In this document: positions 18,550-28,500 of the stretch, in pieces
Position numbering within the stretch: the first letter of the stretch is position 1
Layout of the letters: every line of letters begins with the position of its first letter
Origin: a virus
Strand: one strand, 5' to 3'
Length of the DNA stretch: 64,000 bases
Virus record (IMG/VR): IMGVR_UViG_3300049571_000582
Location: 1-64,000 of that record
Program-made: the position numbers and the translations under genes
Notes under the pieces: model-generated
The model's database searches: none
The model's input: only the letters and a program-made list of their open reading frames with translations
Told to the model about the DNA's origin: nothing

Positions 18550-19557
18550 ATGGACGAAGCATACGGCGACCTGCTCGATGAACGCGGACAGATCCGGGAC
18601 TCGGTCCTCGACGATTTGCTCATCGAGATCATCTCGGGCAAGAGCATCTTTGAATCCGGCAACGAGCTCTATGCGAGCCGGCCGCCGGTGATGGCGGAAC
18701 TGGATGCCGCGCGGCTGGTGTACCGGAGGAAGGTGCACGAGGCGACAAAGTCCGGCCTCCCCAGCCGCGCGGAGATGGAGAAGATGGCGATCGCTCGGGG
18801 CATCGTTGACGCCCAGGAGCGGGCGGAGATTGCCTCGCTTGAATCGTACATGCAGCGGCTCAACGCCAGCCGAGAGGGATCCACGGACGAAAAGTATCGC
18901 ATCGAGCTGGCCGCCCAGATGGAGGAGACCTACCAGCGTCTTGCGGAACTCCGGGCGTCCGACGAATCGCTGTTTGCCCACACCGCTGAGTCCAAGGCCG
19001 AGTTCTGGCGGATTAGCTTTCTCACCTCCCGGTGTACCCTTTCCGGCGAGCTCCTGGACATCCCCCTGTGGGCGACGTGGGAGGACTTTCGCGCCTGCGA
19101 GAATCCTGTTCTTGTGCGGGATGCACGCAGGGCATTTGTGAGAGTTTTTAACGGTTTGCCCATTACCATCATCAGAGCTGTTGCCCGCACAACCGAGTGG
19201 CGAGCCCGCTGGAAGGCTTCCCGGGAATCGGGCACGCAGCTCTTCGACGGATCAAGTGCCGACTGGGACGCCAATAAGCGAAACCTGGTCTGGTGGTCCG
19301 ACTTCTACGACGCCATCTATCGTCACCCCGATTGCCCTCCGGATGAGACGATTCGGGATGACAAGAGCCTGCAGGATTGGGTCAACAAGCAGATCGCCAA
19401 GAGCAAGAAGGCATCTCGCGAGTCCAAGCGGCCGGATGCACCGGCCACGCCTCCTCGCACTTTCCGCCTGGGGGATGGACGACGCGTCCCGGCGGTGAAG
19501 GTTGGCGAAGAGAGCATCAAGGTCAACACGCCCATCAAGATCAGGGCTTCGCGATAA
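18550..19557 (+). CDS. Putative tail assembly chaperone 2
   Basis: Directly before the TMP; paralogous core plus a C-terminal extension (WSDFYDAIYRHPDCPPD). Confidence 0.6.
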   Translation: MDEAYGDLLDERGQIRDSVLDDLLIEIISGKSIFESGNELYASRPPVMAELDAARLVYRRKVHEATKSGLPSRAEMEKMAIARGIVDAQERAEIASLESYMQRLNASREGSTDEKYRIELAAQMEETYQRLAELRASDESLFAHTAESKAEFWRISFLTSRCTLSGELLDIPLWATWEDFRACENPVLVRDARRAFVRVFNGLPITIIRAVARTTEWRARWKASRESGTQLFDGSSADWDANKRNLVWWSDFYDAIYRHPDCPPDETIRDDKSLQDWVNKQIAKSKKASRESKRPDAPATPPRTFRLGDGRRVPAVKVGEESIKVNTPIKIRASR

Positions 19558-19575
19558 AGGCACAAGGGGGGATTG

Positions 19576-22500
19576 ATGGGCAGCCGCAAGTGGGGAATCG
19601 AAGTCGACATCGACCTGCGGAAGGTGCGTCAGCGCGTCAGCGAGATGACGAAGTCTGTCGCCGAGGTCGAATCCGCCACCGGACGCATCACCTCCGCCGT
19701 CTCCTCCCGCATGGGAAGGGCAGGCGGTTCCGCCGGCGCTGCCGTCGCCAGCCTCCACAAGGAAATCCAGCAGCTCCGCACCGAGATGAAGGCGATCGCC
19801 AAGGCGTCGATCACGCCGGCTGGGCCGCCCCGCACCACCACCCGGCGGATGTTCCAGAGCCGCTACGGCATCAATGACGACTACTTCAACCAGCCGGCGT
19901 CGGCCCGCGGCCCCATGCCCCGCCCCTTCACCATGGGCGGAAAGCGGTATTACGACTCCAACCAGGTGATGGCGACGCTGCTGCAGGCCAAGGTGGCCTT
20001 TCCGATCACCCAGAAGCTCGAAGAGATCAAGAGCGCCATCGAACGCGGTGTGGTGACCAACGCACCTCAGGCGGACGCGGGCCGCATGGTCAAGCAGGCG
20101 GTTGACCAGATCCAGAAAGTGGCAGGCGCTGCACGCCGCGGCGGCACCCCCTCGGGCTTCATCAGAAACCTTCCCACGCGAGCACAGGCCTTTGCCGACC
20201 AGGGGCGCGAGCTGGCCAACCAGATCTACGCGCTCAAGGCGAGCATTTCCTCCGAGCAGCACCGGATCGCCCGAGCGTCGGGCCTCAACCAGGAGGCCAG
20301 CTACAAAAACAACGTCGGTAAGCTGAACCGCTCCCGCACCCTCGGACGCCAGCTGGCGGCGAATCTTCAAAACTACCCCCAGGACATGGCCGTCGCCCAG
20401 CTCTATGACCAGCTGGTGAAAAGCGGGGCCACGCAGGGGGGCGGAAAGGGCCGCGGTGCCCGTTATGGGTTGACCAACACCCTGCGTCAGCCGGAGGTGG
20501 AGGCAGCGTTCCGCAAGGCCTTCGAGCTCAATGACAAGCAGTGGTCGATGCTGCTGCGCCGGTCCAACTCCGTCGCCAAGAACTACAAGGGTTTCCTGGA
20601 CCCTCAGGCGATCCTGGGCCCGCTGCAGAACCAGCTCAAGAGCCTCTCCGAAACTTCTCCCTCGGCCGGCGGCGATGCGAAGGTGGCGAAGGCTGCCCGT
20701 CAGCGCGTCACGAAGATTGTCGAGGCCGTTGAGGCCAAGGCAGCGGAGCAAATTGCAAAGGCTCCGGTCGCCACGAACGACTCCGCACTGGAGGCCCTCA
20801 AGAACGGTCGCGAGGCGATGATTGCCCGCACCATGGCCAACGCCAAGAAGGCCATGGCGAACCTTGAGTCCAAGGGTCTCAGCGACAAGTACAGCCGCCG
20901 CGTCGCCTCCGCATTCTCTGACCGCGTCCGCCTGATCAATGCCGGACACTACGACGTGCCGGCCAACAAGCGGAAGGTTCTGGTCGACGAACTGGAACTG
21001 GAAAATGACCGAACCCTCCGGGGTGGAACCTCCCGCGGATCCTTCCGTCACGCCGTTCGCCGGAGCGAACTTGCCGCATCCGGTCGCACGCGGACGTCAT
21101 CCGGCTCGAACGCCGGGGACGAGCCCAACGATCTTTCCGGCATGTGGACCCGCTTCAAGGGGGCCGCCGGTCGGGCGGCGTACTGGGGCGCAGCCGGCGG
21201 AGCGATCTACGGCGGCATCGGCGTGGCCCGTGACGGCCTCAAAACGATGGCGGACTTCGAAAATGCGATGATCCGCGTCCGCAAGGTCACCGATCCTGGT
21301 GCGCTGAACATGCGGGAGCTGGGCAAGTCGGCCCGCGAGATGGCCACCGAGTTCGGAGCCAGCCTCGACGAGGTCGGTTCCGCGATGGAGATCTACGCGG
21401 CCCAGGGGCTCAAGCAAAAGGACATCCTCGAGCAGACGCGCGTCGCCATGGTGGCCGCCAACGTCACCGATCTGGACATGGTCAAGGCCACCGAGGCCCT
21501 GACCGCCGCGGTCAAGCAGTTCAACCTCCCGATGGACCAGTCCATGCGGGTGCTCGACTCGTGGAACGAAGTCGAGAACAAAACCTCCGTCAACGCCAAG
21601 GTGCTCACCGAGGCCCTCAAGCACTCGGGCACCGTGGCTCGTGCCGCCGGCGTCGACTTCGACAGCTTCAACGGCATGGTCGCCGCCGTCGGCGAAGCCA
21701 CCCGCAAGTCGGGCGAGGAAATCGGCACCAGCTTCAAGTTCATCTTCCAGAATGCCCGCCGGGATCAGGCCGTCGAAGCCTTGCAGGACATCAACGTGCT
21801 GTCGGTGGATGCCTCCGGCAAATTCCGCAGCATGAAGAACGTTCTGGGGGAGGTCGCCGACAAGTGGGGATCGCTGACCGAGCGCCAGAAACAGAACGTC
21901 GGCGTGTCGATTGCTGGCATCCGTCGCCTCAACGACTTCTTTGTCTTGATGGAGAACTGGGACCGCGCCAAGGAAGTGGCGGACATCTCCAACCCCCTCA
22001 ACTCCTCCGAATCGGCGATGAAAGAAAACAAGATCGCCATGGAGTCGCTCAACAAGCAGATCGACCAGCTCAAAGCGTCTTACGACGGGCTGTGGGCGAG
22101 CCTGGGCGAATCGGGGGCGATTAACGTCCTCAAGGGCCTCACCAACGCCCTCAAGGGGCTGCTCGATCTGACCTCCGGCCTCAACAACTTGACCGGTGGA
22201 GCCGCCGGCGGGACCGCGGGCACCCTGGGTGCCGCCAGCCTCATCGCCGCCCCCTTCGTCGCCAACCTCGATGTGCTGGGGATGTTCTCTCCGACTCCCT
22301 CAAAGGCCACCCGCCGTCGCCGCGCGGCAGCCAAGTCCTTCGACAAGCAGGTCGTCGAAGGGCTCGTTGGCGAGCAATCCCTGGGCGATGCTGCCACGGG
22401 GAGCGGGGTTCCCAGGCTCCTGGCAGGACGCCGGTTTCAGTCGGCCATGGGCCTTTTGGGCGTGCATGCGGCGGCGAGCTACTACGACTCGCACCTGCGA

Positions 22501-25500
22501 CAGGGGTCCCCTGAGCGGCCCACCGCCCGTGACACCGCTGTCACCGTTGGTTCGAACCTTCTCGAATCGGGCTTGGCCGCATCGGCTCTCTGGAAGGGGA
22601 ACGTCTTTCAGGGCGGCCTCCTCAAGAACTTCCGAAGCCAAGGCATGGGCAGCAAGCTGGGCGTGATCCTGCTGGCACTCCAGGCCGCGGGCACGATCTC
22701 CGGTTCGCTCAGTGACTACTTCAAAGGTCGCGCGTCCGGCCCCGAGAAATCCCCACAGGTCGTGAAGGCAGGCACGCTCGATGCCGTGCAGGAAGGTGCC
22801 GAGGGGCAGTACGTCCTGACGGCCAAGCGGCTGAGTGAGTTCGTCACCGAATATGACAAGGCCCTCCGCAGTCTCGTCGACACCAACCGCGGCATCATGG
22901 AGACCCAGCAGCAGATCGCCGACGCGGTCGTCGACGCGGGCAGCCTCACGGGCGAAGCCCTTGCCTCCAATGGCACCGGTGTCCGCTCGGCCACCATGAA
23001 GGTCCGCGGCCTGGAGGAAATCGACCGTCGCGACATTCGCTCGTTTGGGAGCCCCGTGGGCACCGGCGATGCGTCCAACGTCCCGACGATGTACCGGGAA
23101 TTGATTGGGCACGCGATCCTCGCCCAGAAAAACGGGGCCACGGTGGGCCTCGAAGGATCCGTGCTTGGCGGCCTGGAGTTGAACCATGCTGTCACCGGGC
23201 TGGGATCGGAAATTGGCAAGCAGATCAACGCCCTCTTCAAGACCAAGGGCCTGTTGGACGTCAAGACCGCCGACAGCGACATTGCCCAGAATTTCAGCGA
23301 AGACACGCTGAAGTCTCTGCTGAAAAATGACACGATCTACGGGCAGATCAACAAGCTGATCACCGATGCCGAGAATGCCAAGAAGTCCGGCAACACGGAT
23401 CTCTCCGAGTCGTTCAAGACCCAGGCCCGACAGATCGCCGCAGAGGCCGTTCAGGATGAAGCCCACAAGGTCCTGGACATCCCGCGGGCTGAGGCCATCC
23501 GCCAGCTCTCCGATTACCGCACGACGGCCCGCGAATCCGTGGGCGTCCTCGGTGCACGCTACCAGAGCCTGCAGACCACGGGACAGGTCTCCAATGTGCA
23601 GGAGTTCCTGAGCCGCGCGGATGTCAAAGAACTCGTTGATGGTTTGCGGTCCCGCCGCTCCCGCGTGGACGCCGTCCGAGATCAGGCGGCGGCCCGGCTT
23701 GACGAGCTGCGGAATGCCCCGGACTCGACCAAGTCGACGGCCGGCTACACGGCGGAGCTGCGTAATGCAGAGGACATCGTCAAGCTGCTTCAGGGCACGT
23801 CGGAGGCCATGTCCAACAGCCTCGGCGATCTCGAAAAGAACGTCGAGCAGAGTGCCGTTGGATTCCAGAAGCTTTCCAGCGAACTGGACCTGGTCTCGGC
23901 CCGCGCCCGCAACGGTGGTGCCTTGGGGCTCTCGGGCGTCAGCGCCCTGGACTTTGGCCTCAAGCAGATCGGCGAAGAAATCCAGAAGGTCAGCGGCGAT
24001 GGGTCGCTGACGGAAAACAACCGCGACGCCGCCCTCAAACGCCTTGGCGAATTGAAAAACGAAATGGAGCTCCAGCGGAAGTTGGAACTCGATCAGCGTG
24101 AGTACGCCAAGAAGGGGCTGACCCAGTCGGTCCTGACCACCCGCCTGCTTTCGTCGGCAGGGCTGGAAGGCAATGGTGCGCAGCAGTACGTCGAGGCCGC
24201 CCTCTCCCAGTACAAGGAAACCGTGCAGAACCTCGTGGGCCGGTTCACCGAGTCGCACCCCGACGCCAGCCGCGACGACCGCGACAAGTTCCTCGGCGAC
24301 GCTTCGCAGGCCCTTGAGCCCCTGACCAATTCGCTCAAGGACTTGATCCGCAGCCAGGACGCGAACTTCCAGAAGAACTATTTGCTTGCCAGCCCCAGCG
24401 ATCGCGCCATGGCCGACCAGGTGCAGGCGGCGATGCGTCAGGGCATGACTGCCGACGACATCTTCTCCGACCCCTACGTGCGTGAAGGTGCGAAGAACAA
24501 CCCGCTGCTCAACGATCTGCTTGGCAAGGCGGTCGATTCGCAGGTCGCCGAGCAGGCCCTTTCGGTGCAGCAGGACTCCCGCGGCATCCTCGCCCAGATC
24601 GAAAAGAACACCGCCGGACTTGGGGAGAAATATGGGCTTCCCACGAGCTCGCACGCCTCCGGGACCCTCCACCAGCGGGGCACCCGCAACGTCGACGGCC
24701 GCGGCCGCATCAGTCGCGACGGCACGATCGCCGAACTCCACAAGGGTGAGATCGTCCTGAACAAGCGGCAGTCCGACGAACTGCTGATGAACCGCTTTGA
24801 GACCGGCACGGCCCCTGATCTGAGAATGGGCGGAGCGAAGGATCTCTACCGCTGGCTCCGCACCAAGGGCTGGTCGCTGCAGTCCGTCCCCGGCGAGGGC
24901 TACGGGGCAAGCAACGCCAAGTTCCCGGGCCAGATGCCCGTTCGCCCTGAGCCGACGGTGCTCGCCGCCCTGAAGCGGACCGAAGCCCAGGACCGGTTCT
25001 TCCGCAGCATGGGGATGCTGGCCGCCGGCCGCGGTGCCGCCGATCAGTTCTCGCAGCTCGTCGCCGGCCCGTCGGCTGAGATGTTCCGCCTCGCTGGCGG
25101 CAGCAATGCCACCAACCTGATCGAACGGATGAAGCTCCGGGCGTCGAACCTGGACATCCTGGGTATTGGATCGGGCAAGACCAAGTCCCTCTTCGCCAGT
25201 GCGGTCATTCGCGACCGGCTGCTCAAAAGCGGGGCGAGCGCTCAGTTCCTCAAGCCCACTTTCGTCGCCGACGGGAAGCTCGTCCCGGGAACGAGGATCC
25301 ACGCCGTTGATCCGGCCACCATCGAGCTCTCCCGCTTCCTGGCATCCGGCGGCGTCAACGCCCCCAAGGGTGCCGTCAACCGGGGTGCGGGAGTCCTCGG
25401 GCACGAGGCAAACCATCTCCTCGACCGGATGTGGCGTGGCCAGGTTTACCCCAACGATCTGCCCAAGCAGCGGCAGGTGATCGGCAAGCTCTGGGGCATG

Positions 25501-28500
25501 GTCTCGGGCAACGATGACCCGCTGATGAAGATCGCCCGCGAGCGTTTCTTCTCGGTGGCCAGCAGCGGCAAGAAGAACTATTACGGCCAGCTGCTTTCCC
25601 GCTTCTCCAAGAACCCCTCGCAGCAGATGTACAGCGGCATCGGCCAGCGAATGATCTCGGAAATCATGTCGCACTACGTGGAGCTGGCCAAGGCCACCGG
25701 CAAGCCGCTGCCCGAAGTGATGCGCCAGATGAACGCCGCGAAGGCGGAGAACTGGCTCTCCCTGTCTTCCAAGATCCAGAAGGCCGGCAGCAGCGGCGTC
25801 CCGATGCGGGATTACGGGAACGCCAAGAGTGCGACGATCTCCAAGATGCTCGAAGCGCTCTCGGAGCACCCCGAAGTCACTGGCTTCCGGAACGCCGAAT
25901 CGCTGCTCGCTGGCAAGTGGCGCAACAGCCGCTACTTCCCCACCTTCAGCCGATTGATCCCCGGGATGGCCTCGAGCGCTGGCAATGCCGGACGTTCGTT
26001 CCTTCGCTATCTCGCCGAGAACGGCGGCAACGGCGGAAGCAACTACGGGCCCTACACGCCCGGTCGCCTCTCGCAGGCACTCGCCGGCGAATGGGGCCGC
26101 ATCCGCACCTCGGCGGTCAACAGCACCGCCCAGTGGTACCGGGAATCCGACACGCTCAACCTGATTCGCCGCGGGTGGGGCGTCGGCAAGAAAGCCGCCT
26201 CTGCCATCGGCTCTGAATTGAAGGACATGGGACGCCTGTCCTGGCAGTCGGCCACCACCAGCACCGCCCAGTGGTACCGCGAGTCGGACACGCTGAACCT
26301 GCTCCGCCGCGGGGCATCCAAGGGTCGTTCGATCTTTGGGGACTGGTACAGCGATCTCCGGAATCCCGAGCTGAGCAATCAGGCGGTGGCCCCGTTCGAG
26401 TGGCTTTCCGCCGGCCCCAAAACCACGCCGGTGTACCGCTACGGGATCAACAAGTATCTCAGTTCCTGGGGCTCCCGCATCGCCTCGGGGGCCAGCCGCG
26501 CCGGCGATGCGATGGGCGGCCTGCGTGAAGCCGCGGGAATCCGCCTCGCCCCTGTCGCCGGTCGTCTGGGTGCGTTTGGTGGCCGCCTTGGAGCCTTTGG
26601 CGGACGTGTCGCCGGTACCCTCCGTGAGGGTCTGGAGCTTGGCGGCGAAGGCCTGCGACTTGGCGGTCGCTTTGCCGGCAAGTACGGAAACATCGGGGCC
26701 ACCGTCGGGTTGGCGGCCGCTCAATACTTCGGCTACCACCTTCCTCGCCCGATTGACTCCACGCTGGGGGTGGTGGCGGCCCACGGTCTTGCGGAAAGCG
26801 GCACCCTCACGGGCCTGGGCATCCGGTCCCGGCTGATCTCCCGCGCCTCGACTGCTCTTGAATCGCTTGCTGTCAACGGCGGCAGGCTTTCCGGGGCCGC
26901 CGGCGCTGGGTCCCGCGGTTTGATTTCGCTGGGACGATTCAGCAGCGGTGCTACCCGCCTCGGCGGCAAGATCCTCGAACCCATCGCGGTGGCGCAGGCA
27001 GGTTATGACCTGTCGATCGTCCCGTCGTGGCTGCTGCACAAGACCGGTGCGATGTCCGACGGTACCTACAAGCGGACCGCCGAAGCTCACGCCGCGCTGG
27101 GAGCCGGCGTCGGCGGGCTGCTGGGCGATTCGCTCTCGACGATCTGGAGCCCCGACGCCCGCACCGCGTGGGGACTCGTTGGCTCCAAGTACGGTGCCAA
27201 TCTCACCAAGGGAGACATCTGGTCGCAGGCCTACGACAGCAAGAGCTGGTACAACCCGATGGGCCTCTACGACGTCGCCGGCGTCACCGCCAACAAGCTC
27301 CTCGCCGGCTGGGCCGACGCCAAGGGTCAGGTGCTCGACGAGCAGGACACCAACCAGTGGAAGTTCGGCCGCAACGTCACCGACCACCTGATGTTCGAGA
27401 AGTTGCTGCTGGGCGATCCGGCGACGCGTGCAATGGTCGAAAAGCGGATTGATTCCGCTTCCGGAAACGGCGGAGCCAGCGACTACCAGGGCTCGCTGAA
27501 GGACCGCATTGCCCAACTCGACGCCCAGATCAACCAGGGCGAGAAGTATTCCCGGAGCCTGGACCAGACCGACCCGCGGGTGAAGTCCATTCTCGCGAGC
27601 CTCGATTCGGCCCGGTCCTACCGCGAATCGCTGCAGGGACGCCTGGGCAAATACGGGAACATCAAGTCCGCTCGCGGAAAGATGCTCGAGCAGTACGCCC
27701 AGACCATCCGCGAGGTTTCGCCCGACGGCTACAAGCAGATGATGACCTCGGGCGCTCGGCGGCTCCTCGGGGATGTCGCAAGTGCCTTTGGAATCACCGC
27801 CGACGGCAAGGTGATCGATCGCCTCGCGGCCGGTGCCGCCGGCATGCCCAGCGACGCAACCCTTGTGGACCTGCTCAACGCCAGCGGCGCAGGAATCGAC
27901 GCCGGGGCGATCGCCTCGATGCTTGATCCGAGCCAGGGCGGCATCGCGGGCACCCAGAAACTCAAGGGCCAGATCGCCACGGCTTTCACCGACGGTGGTG
28001 CCGACAAGCTGGGGAAGGCGGGGGTTGCCGACAAGCTCACCCCCGATCAGATCAAGGGGATCCAGAAGTCGCTGGGCGACGTGACCTCCGAGTCCGATTC
28101 CTTCTCCACGCTCTCGCAGATCGCATCGAACTTCGGCCCCCGATACTCGGCGTGGAAGAAGTCCAGCGACATGCTTTCCCAGCAGGCCAGCGGTCTTCTG
28201 GGCAGCCTGACGATCCCGTCGTACGACCCGGTCAAGGCCCCGGCGGCCATCCGCAGCCTCATCGAGCGGTACAACCGTGCGATGCCCGGGTTGTCCCAGG
28301 GGTATGCCTCGGTGTCGGCGGAGGGCGGCGATCTCCGCAACGCCTACACCCTTGCTGGCGATCTCTTTGGGAAGCTCCCGGATTACGCCCAAAAGGCCCT
28401 CGCTCGCCGACTCAAGCCCGGTACCCCTGTCACCGCGGCCGCCTTGCTGGGCGTCGAGAGCTTCCAGGGCAACGATGCCCTCGACAAGCTGTTGGGCCCC

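Noticed and set aside
26121-26313. CRISPR mini-array or DGR template/variable repeat
   Set aside because: Only two in-frame coding copies with synonymous, non-adenine-specific differences; no cas or reverse transcriptase gene in the window.
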